A stretch of 63,131 nucleotides of DNA, filler included, from Reclinomonas americana ATCC 50394 (taxonomy: Eukaryota): the NCBI GenBank assembly GCA_048213135.1. It is 5 parts of 3 records of this genome, joined end to end, with 100 filler letters (N's around TTAATTAATTAA, not from the genome) between each part and the next. Parts side by side here need not be neighbours in the genome. Positions count along the whole stretch, not along the records: positions 1 to 10,551 come from PS015103.1; positions 10,652 to 22,130 come from PS015104.1; 3 more parts are not named here. One strand, written 5' to 3'. The translations under genes and the position numbers were made by a program. The notes under the pieces are model-generated. The model had not been told where the DNA came from. It saw nothing but the letters and a program-made list of their open reading frames with translations, and searched no databases. This document shows, one piece after another, positions 1 through 12,012 of this stretch; the stretch's first letter is position 1, and every line of letters starts with the position of its first letter.

Positions 1-520
1 TCACGCTGGCATCTATCTCTCTCTCATCGACATCAACTGTCGCCTCCTGCTCGGCACCGGCACCCTTACTGAGTAACTGTGCTAGGTTTCCCATGATTGA
101 CGTCAAATCTTCAACCCCGGGTACTCCGCGCAGTTGAGACGGTACGACCAGTGTAGTGCGCATCAGCTCAAAGGCCTCTGAATGTCGATCCAGCAAACCC
201 AAGGCTTTGCTAACTTCACCCTTCGCAAGAATCGTCACCACGTGGTCATCGCCAAAATCACGACGGTATCGCGCCAAGAACTCCTCGAGAACTGGAAGCG
301 CGCTCGCAGGGTCTCGCGCATCCAGCACACACTTAACGTGAGCGCCCGCCGCTGGAATCGTCCACTGTGTGTTGTTGGGACCGAGCAGCTCCAAGAAGAC
401 GGGCACACAGTCGGCGAAGAGTGCAAACGCCGAATGAAAGTCTCCTGATTTGTAAGCTGCCATCGCCACACTGAAGCGTTCAGTCGCCGCCGCCAGTCGC
501 CGATTCTTTTGTTGATCCAT
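1..520 (-). CDS. TPR-repeat protein fragment (kinesin-light-chain-like TPR), open to window start
   Basis: Minus frame from ATG at 520 (MDQQKNRRLAAATERFSVAMAAYKSGDFHSAFALF...RDFGDDHVVTILAKGEVSKALGLLDRHSEAFELMRTT...) has no stop to position 1. The G-D-D-H-x-x-T motif is of the same TPR type as the ORF at 751. Confidence 0.55.
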   Translation of the reverse strand, partial: MDQQKNRRLAAATERFSVAMAAYKSGDFHSAFALFADCVPVFLELLGPNNTQWTIPAAGAHVKCVLDARDPASALPVLEEFLARYRRDFGDDHVVTILAKGEVSKALGLLDRHSEAFELMRTTLVVPSQLRGVPGVEDLTSIMGNLAQLLSKGAGAEQEATVDVDEREIDASV

Positions 521-750
521 GNNNNNNNNNNNNNNNNNNNNNNNNNNNNNNNNNNNNNNNNNNNNNNNNNNNNNNNNNNNNNNNNNNNNNNNNNNNNNNN
601 NNNNNNNNNNNNNNNNNNNNNNNNNNNNNNNNNNNNNNNNNNNNNNNNNNNNNNNNNNNNNNNNNNNNNNNNNNNNNNNNNNNNNNNNNNNNNNNNNNNN
701 NNNNNNNNNNNNNNNNNNNNNNNNNNNNNNNNNNNNNNNNNNNNNNNNTA

Positions 751-3700
751 ATGTGTACGCGTGCCCTTGAGATGAGCCGCAATCTTCTTGGTGCTGACCA
801 TCCGCAATCGCTGGACGTTGCTGCAAGTCTTGGGGAGGCACTATGCAAGATTGGTCGGGACGGGGAGGCCATTGATGTGTTACGCGACACGGTGCAGCGT
901 CAGAAACGGATGTTGCCAGAGAGTAGCACGGAGACAATGGTCACAATGACCTGCCTCGCCCAGGCTCTTCACAACACCGGCGACAGCAAGGCTGCAGTGG
1001 AGATTGGACGCGAGTTGCTTCTACGACGTCGCAAATTCTGCGGTGACGATGACAACAACACAGTCGAAAGCGCCTACCACCTAGGCGAGCATCTTCTTGC
1101 CGTCGGCGGCAAGCGCAATTTTGCGGAGGCCTTTAATTTGCTTACTGATACGCGCGAGCGGTGGACTCGGCTGCTTGGTTCTGACGCACGGAGCACACTT
1201 GCTGCGTCGTTCAGACTTGGGCACGCCCTGCGGCGACTCGGTCGACCTCAGGAAGCCGTTGAAGCGCAGTGTGATACACTGGAGCGGCTGAAACGGTTGC
1301 CTGTACCGGATAAGAGTCTCGAGGTGGCGGTTATGGTCGATCTTGCATACGGCTATGCGGAGTGCGAGAATTACGTAGCGGCAGTTCGAGTCGGTCGAGA
1401 ACTAATCCCTCTTGAACGACAGCAGCTTGGCGATGACAGCCCAGTCACGGTGAACAGTATTCGGACCTATGCGGCCAGTCTCGCGGCTGTTGGCGGGGTC
1501 GCGAACATCAAGGAAGCGGAGCGCCTAATGGTAGAAATCATGAGCAAGCGGGACCGATTGTCTGGTCCTGAATTTGGTGCAAAGGAAGACGATGAGAAGC
1601 TTATGTTTGTAATCCGTGTCGCACTTGAAGGAGTGCCGCGCGGTGAAGAAGAGGGGACAGAGACTAGCAAGAAGAAGCGGGACTCTTCTGCTGGTGAGTT
1701 TGTGCCTTGTCTCCTCTGATCACCGCCTTCTCTTACTCACTTTCTTCGTGTGCTTGTGGACGCAGCAGTGCCTGTCGACGCCACTCATTCGTCCTCTCGA
1801 TCATCGGTTTCGTTGCTGATCACGCAGGCCTCTCCTTCATGTGACGTGACCACTTAAACGGCATGCGTCCCCGCAGGCATCCGGAGCAACCTCCCCACCC
1901 GTCGTCGCCTCCTCTTCATCTCGCACACCAGCCGAGAAGGTTGACCCCGTCGGCCGGGCCGGAGGTGGTAAAGGACAAACTGTGGTCCAGCCTGATGCGC
2001 TGCAGCAAGATCTGGACGAACAGCGGCAGCGGGCAAGCGAATGGCAGGCGCGTGTGGAGCACCACGAACAAACCGCAGCTCAGTTGCGACAGGAAGTTGA
2101 GGCAGCGCAGCGTGGAAAGGAGGCATGGCGGCAGCGGACAAGCGAGTGGCAGGAGCGTGTGCGGCAGCAGGAGGAAACTGTGCAGCGGGTGCAACAGCAG
2201 ATGGCGGGACTGCAGCGACAACTGGACGAGCAGCAAGCACAGATGAGCGACTGGCAGCGGCGTGTGAAGCAGCAGGAAGCGACTATTGCTGAGCATGCCG
2301 CCTCGCTCCAACAGCACGAAACTGCGCGTACCGCGCTGCAGGAGGCGCTGGATCGTGTGGACGAACAGCGACAGCGCGAGCATGACCGAGCACAACGACT
2401 CGAGGCTGATTTGGCTGCCGTGCAGCGCGATCTCACCCACCGAGGTATGTGTGGCAGCAAGAGGGGAAGGAGGAAGAATGATGACTGCAGACTCACTTGT
2501 TTGATGATGATGTAGCGCCGTTGACTGCATTTTCTTGGGAACAAGTGGTGTCGATGAGCAACAATTTTGCGGAGCGACTCGGTGGCGATGGTGGACAGGG
2601 CAAGGTGTTTTGTGGGCAGTGGGCCGGACAGAGTGTGGCCATCAAGGTGTTTGACAGTGCGCTGCCGTGGTGCATTGAGTCGTTCTCCAATGAGGTGAGG
2701 GTGGTGGATGGGGGAAGGATGAGAGAAGGAAGTTATTTTCTTCTCATTCTCTTTCTGCTTGCATCTCAGTTGGAGAAGCTCAAGGCGGTGAGTGTGGCTG
2801 GCGTTGTACCGCTGATTGGATTTGCGGAGTCGGACGACGGCAAGCGATGTGTGGTGCTGGAGGCGATGAGGTGAGTGTGAAGAGAAGAGGGCGAGCAGAG
2901 ATGTAAGGGACGCAAGCGGGTTGAGTAAGACTTAATGAGAGAGCATGAACGTGGTTGCCAGCTCGTCTGTTGTAGATGCAGTTTTCCTGTCTTTCCGTCT
3001 GTCTTGATTGATGATCACCACCACGCCTCTTTGTCGTTCCCGAGAGAGGATGGGAGGTGTCATCTGTTCATGTGCACTCACTCCTTCGTGTTTCACAGTG
3101 AGCACAACTTGGAGCACCGACTGCTGCAGTGGGCGGAGCGTGGACTGCCGGCCATGTCGATTGAGGCACGAATGACGTGCATGCTGCGATGTGCCGAGGC
3201 TGTTGCTTCGCTGCACAAGTTGCGTGTCACATGTCTGTTGTTTCCTTCTTCATGGGTTTCGGGCTCACGTTGCTGATGATGCAGGCATGTGAGTGAGAGA
3301 TGTCATGCGTGTTGTCTGTGTGCGTTTGCTTCATTCTTCTCTTTATTGACTCACTCGTGCCTTTCTGTGCGCTTGTCTGGGTGCGCAGAATGGTACGTGT
3401 GTCTGTTCTGCGTCCTCTGCTCATTTTCTTCCATCCACTCACTTTCTCTCTCTCTTTTTTCTCAGTGATCCATCGCGACCTGAAGCCAGCCAACATTCTG
3501 TTCAACCACAGTGGAATGGCCTACATCGCGGACCTGGGAGTGGCACACTGGTTCCGCACCGAGGGGGTGAGTGACACTTTCCTGCCCTGTCACTCCCTTC
3601 CCCTTTCCTCCCCTCATCCCTTCCCTCTCCTTCTCCCTCTTCGTGCCACAGACGCACTTGTCTGTTCACTTTGCTGGCGACCCAAAGTACGCCGACCCCA

Positions 3701-4293
3701 AAGCCATGCACGGCCAGCTGCGGCTGAGTTCGGATGTGTTCTCGCTCGGTCTCGTCCTCCTGCAAGTGTTCAGCGGTCTGCCGATCGAGGAGGTGCATCG
3801 GCGAGTGGAGACACTGGAGGAGATGGACGATGTGGGTGGCGAATCACTGCTCAAAGCCGCGGTGGATCTGGCCGACGGTGGCGCTGGTCGACCGTGGCCG
3901 GCTCCTGTGTGTGAGAGGATTGTGCGATTGGCACTGAGGTACCTTGTGTGTTTCCAAGAGAGCGTTGCGAGGAGACACGCTGACTGTCGTACATGGCCAA
4001 TTTGTAGATGCCTGGATGGCCGCCCAGCACGCCGTCCGACGGCACAGCAACTGGCGAGCGAGTTGAGTGACCTGACGGTGCTGTCGTGCCGGCGGGCGTG
4101 CATGGTGTGCGACGGGCTGCGCGAGACGCGACTGCGTCCGTGCATGCACCAAGTGTTGTGTCGGGAGTGCGCAGAGCGGCTGGTGAGCAAGAACGGCGAA
4201 TGTCCAGTGTGTCGCGTGCGAGTGGAGGGTGTGGATGCGGGCGAAGGATACGGGTTCCACACGTATGTGGGTCTCCCGGCGCCGCGGCGGTGA
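751..4293 (+). CDS. Multi-exon TPR + coiled-coil + Pelle/IRAK/RLK-like Ser/Thr kinase + C3HC4 RING protein (5' end in gap)
   Basis: Phase-consistent GT-AG exons ~751-1693, 1766-1806, 1877-2444, 2516-2694, 2770-2870, 3099-3218, 3285-3288, 3389-3392, 3466-3566, 3652-3938, 4008-4293. Motifs: LLGADHPQSL TPRs; Q/E-rich coil; FSWEQVVSMSNNF..LGGDGGQGKVF, VAIK, HRDLKPANIL, ADLG, YADP, SDVFSLG, LALRCLD..P.RRP; RING CMVC..PCMHQVLCREC..CPVCR. Confidence 0.8.
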
Positions 4294-4988
4294 TGCGTGA
4301 GGGGAGAAGGTGTATTTTAGATGTAGGAGTTGCGTATAGAAGGAGAGTACAACCGCATGTCGTCAATAGTGTCGATGTTGTGTGTGGGAAAAGGTGTGTT
4401 GTAGATGCAGCAATCTTTTCTTGCGGACTTCACGGATCCGGACCCGGTTGTGCTTTGTTTGCCTGGCTATGGCCTTTTTCCCCGAGATTGGATACGCCGT
4501 GTACGATCGCAGAAAACGCAATGCGTCCATGCAAGTGCGTCAAGTCCACTGTTACGGCGAAGATCGCAGTTCTCGACATGTTCGGGGCTCCGCAGTGAGA
4601 GCGAACACACACACTGCTGCCTCAAGATTGGTGTCTGTGTTGATCGGTTGAACTAGGTCATCAAGACAGCTGTTGCTCGTTTGTTAGTGAATGAAGTGTT
4701 GCTGGTAAAGTACTGCTGCCGTCGAGATTGGTGTTTGTGAAGATGATGCTTGGATACGGGTGGTCTTGGCGCCGGCCATATGTATCGAAATCGCGATCAA
4801 GACGACGACTGCAGTTGGTGAATCAAATGTTAACGTTGCAACAGGGAGTGCAACCGTGGACTTCCTCTTTCGACCTCGACTATACACCCGCTTGTACTGC
4901 AAACTCCATTAGCATGGCTTACGCTTGTTGCGCGGTGTTCAGGAGGATACAGAAAGTCCTCTTGTCCTCGACATCATCAATCGCTTCA

Positions 4989-5284
4989 ATGGGCGACACT
5001 GCCACCTCCTCCAGCCGCTCCTGGTCTCTGCTTGAGGAGATTGCGCTGCTCGAGTGCATGGAGAACTTTGAGCCGCACTGTGAGCACATTCCGTGGTCGC
5101 TGGTCAACACCACGCACCAACTCAACGAGGTGTCGGCGTGGCTTGCCGCCAAGTATGGTGTTCCGCAGAGTGCGCCATCACAGTCAGTGGCAGTGTCGGT
5201 GCAGGCAACGGCGGCTGTGAGTGCGACTACTGCGGCGGCGGGGGCGGGTGGAGGGTGAGTGGAGGGAAGAGTGGGAGAGAGAGA

Positions 5285-5360
<76 letters not shown>

Positions 5361-6583
5361 NNNNNNNNNNNNNNNNNNNNNNNNNNNNNNNNNNNNNNNN
5401 NNNNNNNNNNNNNNNNNNNNNNNNNNNNNNNNNNNNNNNNNNNNNNNNNNNNNNNNNNNNNNNNNNNNNNNNNNNNNNNNNNNNNNNNNNNNNNNNNNNN
5501 NNNNNNNNNNNNNNNNNNNNNNNNNNNNNNNNNNNNNNNNNNNNNNNNNNNNNNNNNNNNNNNNNNNNNNNNNNNNNNNNNNNNNNNNNNNNNNNNNNNN
5601 NNNNNNNNNNNNNNNNNNNNNNNNNNNNNNNNNNNNNNNNNNNNNNNNNNNNNNNNNNNNNNNNNNNNNNNNNNNNNNNNNNNNNNNNNNNNNNNNNNNN
5701 NNNNNNNNNNNNNNNNNNNNNNNNNNNNNNNNNNNNNNNNNNNNNNNNNNNNNNNNNNNNNNNNNNNNNNNNNNNNNNNNNNNNNNNNNNNNNNNNNNNN
5801 NNNNNNNNNNNNNNNNNNNNNNNNNNNNNNNNNNNNNNNNNNNNNNNNNNNNNNNNNNNNNNNNNNNNNNNNNNNNNNNNNNNNNNNNNNNNNNNNNNNN
5901 NNNNNNNNNNNNNNNNNNNNNNNNNNNNNNNNNNNNNNNNNNNNNNNNNNNNNNNNNNNNNNNNNNNNNNNNNNNNNNNNNNNNNNNNNNNNNNNNNNNN
6001 NNNNNNNNNNNNNNNNNNNNNNNNNNNNNNNNNNNNNNNNNNNNNNNNNNNNNNNNNNNNNNNNNNNNNNNNNNNNNNNNNNNNNNNNNNNNNNNNNNNN
6101 NNNNNNNNNNNNNNNCTTCTTCTTCTTTCTTCTTTCCTTCTTTCTTTAATCTGTCTCTCTCTCTCTTCCCCCTCTCTGCTCTTCCCTCCCTTCCCCTCCA
6201 CTTCCCCTCCACTTCCCCTCCTCTTCCCCTCCACTCCCCCTCGTCCTTCCTCTTTGATTGCTCTCCACTGACTCTCTCGAGTTGTCTTCCTATCCTCGTC
6301 CAGTCGACCTCGTCGTTCCACCAGCGGCTCCTCATCAGCAACGCAAGCCGCTGCCGCCGCCGCTGCTGCTGCAGAGGTACCCACGTGCTACACAGCCGCG
6401 CAAGTGATCGCCAAGGTCGCGCAGTGGTACAACTTGGAGGACTCTGCGGTTGCGTTTTGCACTCATCTCTCTCCCACACAACGCTCACTCTCTCATTTTG
6501 CTGACCTCTCCCATTCGCAGAGTGACGATTTCGTGGCCACGGCCTCTCCTTTCGCTCTGCCGGCCACCTTTGATAAAGACTGA
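4989..6583 (+). CDS. Eaf7/MRGBP-like (NuA4 subunit-like) small protein, 3 visible exons
   Basis: Exons 4989-5254, 6304-6448 and 6521-6583 splice in frame: MGDT..SWSLLEEIALLECMENFEP...TAAQVIAKVAQWYNLEDSA-SDDFVATASPFALPATFDKD*. This resembles the W-x-x-x-E-x-x-L..P and Y-D/N-L...F-x-L-P pattern of the Eaf7 family. Confidence 0.55.
5273..5360 (+). repeat. (GA)n microsatellite in intron, running into gap
   Basis: Near-perfect GA dinucleotide run. Confidence 0.95.
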
Positions 6584-6615
6584 CTTATAAACAAAGATAA
6601 TTCATTGTTCCCGTG

Positions 6616-9600
6616 TCACTTGCGATTGCTGCTGTACGAGGCCGGTCCACGGGCCGGCCACGACGACGATGATTGAGCTGCTGCGGTGGCGCTGGTCGTC
6701 GTGGTGGTCGTGCTGCCACTGGAACCCATCTCCGTCCACTCGGCGAGCTCGGCGACAGAGACTCCTGATCCTAGTGGATCCATACCGGTGAGGCGAATGG
6801 TGTCGGGATCGTCGTCGGTGTCCACTGCACGCACGCCAGAGATGGCCAGTCGAGCCGATGTCGGTTTCTTGCCGGCCGATGGTGTGGACGGTGACACGGG
6901 GGAAGCAGCAGCAGCAGCAGCAGGCGACAATGGTGACTCTGCTTCCCTTGCTGGTGGTGGTGGTGGTGTTGGCGGTGGCGCTGGAGAAGCGGGCGGTGTG
7001 TCGACAACCGTCACAGTGGCGGCAGTTGTCGTCGTCGTCGTCGCCGTCGTTGTTGCAGCAGAAGCATCTGTCGCCGAGCCCGCCGCCGCTGTCTTCACCG
7101 CCACCGACGCCGCCGCCGCTGCCGTCGTCACGTGCATTGGGCGCGGCACCTTTTCGATCGGCGTGGTCTCACCAAGCGGAATGTAGTCCTTGTCCTGTAT
7201 CGCGCGCTATCGATGAACAAGGGCCCTCATTTGCCACACGCGCACGCGCACACGCAACTTCCAGATGAGAGACCAAGAACAGACCCACATCCTCCGAGCG
7301 CCAGTACCCAGTGTGCGCACCACGCAGCGACGACACGTACTCCGACACCGTCTGCAGAGTGCTCTCTTGCAGCACAAAATCGATGCGCGGGTATTCGGCT
7401 TTCGGCGCGCTGCCCGACGCTGCAGCGGCTGGCGCGGCGGCAGAGGCTGTGGTCGAACCGTCGCCCTCGGCCTCCATCGTCGACATTTGTGCCGCCACCT
7501 CGGTTGCCAGCTCCAGCATCTCCAACTCGCCACCACCAACATTGCCTCCTCCGGCTGCCGAGGCAGCAGCAGCCGTAGTTGCGGTCGTTGTCGTCGACGA
7601 CTGGGTCGCAGCGGCGGCGGCGGTCTCCTCAGCCGCCACTGCAGCCGCCACGGCCTCGGCTGTCAACACGTCCTCGTCGCGGCCGCGAGAAAAGAACTGC
7701 ACACGAGGGGTCAGACAAATTGCGCCTATTCCGGGCTTCCTCCGCATCAATACGCACCCTTTTGACGGCCACTGTCGCACGTGCGATTCGCTCCCGAAAG
7801 TTGCGGTGCCATCGCTTGCCGGTCGAGTGTCGCCAGAAACGCATCTCCACTGGCGGTCGCGCCTCTGCTCCACATCCCGGGAAGAACAGCGGCTCCAGCC
7901 GATAGGCCACGGCATCGTACGGGTGGAAAATGTTGAAGAAACCACGGTGCACCGGCGGCCACATGGGCGGCGTGTCGAGCGTGGACGCCATCTCCCCGCG
8001 ACCGGCCAGGAAGATGCCGAGCGGGGAGCCGAGCGCAAAAAAGTTGTCGGCCTGAAAATCGAGCGTGGGGAAGCCCGGCTGACCTTGCTTCGTCAGAATG
8101 TCGTATGCAATCACGGAGCCGAGGGAGTGGCCGACAATGGAGATGGCGCCCTTGTAGTTGTACTTGCGCTGGAGATCGCGATAGATTTCGTTCATCTTGG
8201 CCGTCACCGTCTCCACAATCACCGACGAGTAGTGCGGCGACAAGTAGAACATGACGTCGACGAGGGCCTTGTTGATGAGGTGGCGCAACTTGGCGACCTT
8301 TGGCAGCGTAATGCCCTCCACAATGTCGTCGACGCCCTCCTCCTTGTGAATCGCCGTCGACCACTCGACGCAAAACACGGCAATCTGGCTCTTTTCGTGA
8401 AACACTTGCTCCTGCGCCGTCATGAGGGTGGTGCGGAACATGTCGGCTGCAGGGGGCGGAAGGGGGGAAGGGAGATGAGAAGGAGCGAGAGGGGGAGAAC
8501 GGGGAGGAGAAGGAATGCGAAGGAGAGAAGGGGATGAGAAGGAACGCGAAGGGAAAAGGGGATGAGAAGGGAGAAGGGGAAGAGAAGGAGCGAGAGGGGG
8601 AGAAGGGGATGAGAAGGAATGCATAGGGAAGGGGATGAGAAGGTGTGCGAAGGAAGAAACAGGATGAGAAGGAGGAAGTAGATGCGTAAGGGGAAACATG
8701 GGGTCTCAGTGACTCTGGGTAGTCTCACGACAAAGGTGAGAGGTGTCTCCCTTGCGAGAGTCCCCACAACAGAGAATCACGGACTTGTAGAGACATTGCA
8801 AAAGAGAAGGGCATTGATGACAGTCCCCACAACAGATGAGATTCCAGTCTCTGTGCGTGCACTCTAGCATTCACACCAACGGAAGCGTGTTCATCATTGA
8901 AAAGAGTGAGAGAAAGGAAAAGCGAGGCAAGTGTGCACCGTTTTGCAAGGAGACGGACAGCAGAGAAAGAATCCGCCGTTGAATGAGCATCGTGTCCGTA
9001 TGAGAACTCGACACTCCGTAACTGACGAAAAAAAGAAAGAAACAAGAGCTGCGTCTCTGTGTGCGTCTCTGTAATTACCCCACTTCCCCCCCGTCGCCAC
9101 GCAACAAATCTCCTGCGCAGTCTTGAACCTCCCACCCTCCTCCCGACTCCCAATGCCCAACACCACAATAATCGCATGCGCTCTCCCCGTCATCACCGGA
9201 TCGCGTCGCCCACTCGCATGCACCGCCGGCACAGGCACCGCTGCCGCCTTGACCTTCTCCTTCTCCTTCTCCCTCGCCTGCTGCCTATGCGCGCGCCTGC
9301 GCAGCCTCCGCCTCTGCCTCCGCTCGCCCACCTCCACCAAGTCATCCTCCGCGCTGTTGTCACTGCTGCCTCCGCCCGCCTCCTGATCACTCGCATCGTC
9401 GTCGCTCTCGTGATCGCTCACCTCACTGCTCACAGTCGAGGTGGCAGTCAGAGTCGGCGATCGCTGCTCTCCCTCATTGTGATCGTTCTTGTCTGCGGCG
9501 GCGGCTGCGGCTGCTGCCTGAGGAGACATGATGCCTGAGCGCAAGGAACCGGTGGATCCGCCTCCACTGGACGATGACATGGGCATCATTGGTCGCTCGT

Positions 9601-9641
9601 GAGGAGGAGGCGGAGGAGGTGCCTGAGTGGCATTCGCGGGC
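6616..9641 (-). CDS. DDHD-domain phospholipase A1 (DDHD1/DDHD2/SEC23IP family); true 5' end uncertain
   Basis: Lipase motif GHSLGS, FFALGSPLGIFL, FNIFHPYDAVAYRLEPL and RIDFVLQES...AHTGYWRSEDV. Introns at ~9105-8446, ~7757-7697 and ~7258-7195 are in phase. Termini are low complexity. Confidence 0.9.
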
Positions 9642-10595
9642 TGTGTGAGGGGTGAGAGAGAGAGAGAGGGAGTGTGAGGTGTGGCTGAAGACAACTCCCG
9701 CGCAGTCTTTCTTGTGTGTGTGAGACGGAGAGAGAGACAACTCCCGCCTATCTCTCTCTCTCTCTCTCTTTGTGTGAGTGTGAGTGAGTGAGAGTGTATA
9801 GGTGACACGTAAGATCGTCTATCTTACAGATTAGGCGCGCGATCACTCCTCTCTCATTTCTCTCTCTCTCACACACACTCTGACTCTGTGAGAGAAAGAC
9901 AGACAGCGAAATGAGAGCATTTTTAACTCTCATTCTCACACACGCACTCTCTCTTTCTCTCTCTCTTTGTCTGTGAGTGCGCAAACCTTTCGCACAAGAT
10001 TCAACACACGCTGCATGGTGTGTGTGCGTTTTTCCCGCCTCCACTTTGCTCACACAATGCAATGAAAGCAGCGCGAGCGCGCCTGTCCACTGTCCGCTCC
10101 CGACGTCGACGCTGGCGAGATTGCAAAGAAAGCTGCACAAGCGGGAAGCACGTATGTGGATTGCCCCCAAGCTCATGCAAGGCGGCAGTCGTGAAAAGAA
10201 TGGTGCAAAAGGATTAATGCTAAGTAAGCAGGACGAGGCTTTGTCCCCGACGTCGTTCCGCTCTCACAGACAGTCAGTCTCCTTGCACAGAGAGAGGCTT
10301 TCCCTCTCTGTGTTGCGGCTTGACCATGTCGAGCTTCTTGGCAAATGCGATCACCAAGGCAAATGCGCGATTGTGTGTGTCTTTGTGTGAGTGTGACATC
10401 TCTCACTTTTGTTTGTGTGTTTGTGTTTGTGTTTGTGTTTGTGTGCAGAAACTCGAGTTGTATATGAAGGTTTGTGTGTGTGAGAGAGAGAGTGAGAGAA
10501 ATGCAGAGAGTTGGTGACTGAATGAGTGAGGAATTGTGTCACAGGGGGAGANNNNNNNNNNNNNNNNNNNNNNNNNNNNNNNNNNNNNNNNNNNN

Positions 10596-10607
10596 TTAAT
10601 TAATTAA
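10596..10607. other. Artificial scaffold linker TTAATTAATTAA (stop codons in all six frames)
   Basis: Identical 12-mer flanked by N runs; occurs four times in the window. Confidence 0.95.
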
Positions 10608-10656
10608 NNNNNNNNNNNNNNNNNNNNNNNNNNNNNNNNNNNNNNNNNNNNCGAAG

Positions 10657-10696
<40 letters not shown>

Positions 10697-10936
10697 TGTG
10701 TATGTGTGTTTGTGTGTGTGTGAGAGAGAGTGAGTTATTTGCATTGATATCGCGCGCTTTCGGTGATTGAATTTGTGAGTTGTGCGCAGAACTTCAAGCG
10801 GGATCAGATCGATGTCAATCTCATGAAGGGACGCTTTGAATTGCGTGATTTGGGTGAGTAGGAGAGAGATAGAGATTGTCAAACTGCACTGACTGCGTTT
10901 GTCAATTTCTTCTCTGTTTGTTTTTGAGTCTCTCTT

Positions 10937-11520
10937 CCTGTGAGCAGAAGAGAGTATGCAGATTCACTCTCCATCGCCTTGTACGCTGCTTACAGCAACA
11001 GCTTCTCTACCTCTTGCCATACTCCTCCTGTGCACAGAAGAGAGAATGCAGATTCACACTCCCCATCACCTTGAGCGCTGATTTGCAACAGCTTCTCTGT
11101 CGTTGGGCACAGTCGCACTCTCCATCACGTTCCCCCTCTGAAAGGCAGGCTGCGCCGATTGATTGTGTCGACAGCAGCTTCTTTGCTTCTTCTCACATGC
11201 TACCTGCGAACAGAAGAGAGAATGCAGATTCACACTCTTGAACGCTGATTTGCAACAGCTTCTCTACCTCTTGCTATACTCCTCCTGTGAGCAGAAGAGA
11301 GAATGCAGATTCACACTCTTCATCACGTTGTACGCTACTTAACAACAGCAACATCTTCTGTGCCTCTTGTCGTATCCAGAATGCATTTGCACCCTCTATT
11401 CCATGTTGCACTATGAGAGGCAGGCTGCACTGAGTGCCATCGTGAGCGACAGCAACAGCTTCTCTTGTCGCATTCTTCCTGTGAGCAGAAGAGAGAATGC
11501 AGATTCACACTCCCCATCTC
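10937..11520 (+). repeat. Degenerate ~90-bp minisatellite with conserved core CCTGTGAGCAGAAGAGAGAATGCAGATTCACACT
   Basis: Core copies at ~10937, 11027, 11203, 11284 and 11478. GCAACAGCTTCTCT recurs between them. Confidence 0.85.
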
Positions 11521-11571
11521 GTTGCACAGCAACAGTATCTCTTTGGACTCGCCCGCTCTGTTCCCTGTCGC

Positions 11572-11605
<34 letters not shown>

Positions 11606-11869
11606 ATGACTCGTCCGTTNNNNNNNNNNNNNNNNNNNNNNNNNNNNNNNNNNNNNNNNNNNNNNNNNNNNNNNNNNNNNNNNNNNNNNNNNNNNNNNNN
11701 NNNNNNNNNNNNNNNNNNNNNNNNNNNNNNNNNNNNNNNNNNNNNNNNNNNNNNNNNNNNNNNNNNNNNNNNNNNNNNNNNNNNNNNNNNNNNNNNNNNN
11801 NNNNNNNNNNNNNNNNNNNNNNNNNNNNNNNNNNNNNNNNNNNNNNNNNNNNNNNNNNNNNNNNNNNCT

Positions 11870-11901
<32 letters not shown>

Positions 11902-12012
11902 TGACTGCCCTTGTGTGTTCTTGCTCCTTCTCTCTTTTACACACTCAAGCCCTTCGCAAATTCGGCCCCTTCCCCCCCCACGCCCTTCCCCTCACACCCC
12001 CCTCCCCAACAG

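Noticed and set aside
4300-4980. Short ORFs between the kinase and the Eaf7-like gene
   Set aside because: No recognisable motif and no consistent splice chain.
8760-8836. Direct repeat GTCCCCACAACAGA x2 in the DDHD intron
   Set aside because: Only two short copies, with no element structure.
10596-10607. Palindromic TTAATTAATTAA seen four times (possible piggyBac TTAA site or regulatory motif)
   Set aside because: Always centred in N runs; it is a synthetic six-frame stop linker. Gene adjacency across these linkers is meaningless.
10937-11520. CRISPR-like array
   Set aside because: The spacers are homologous to one another and irregular in length, there are no cas genes, and the context is eukaryotic.
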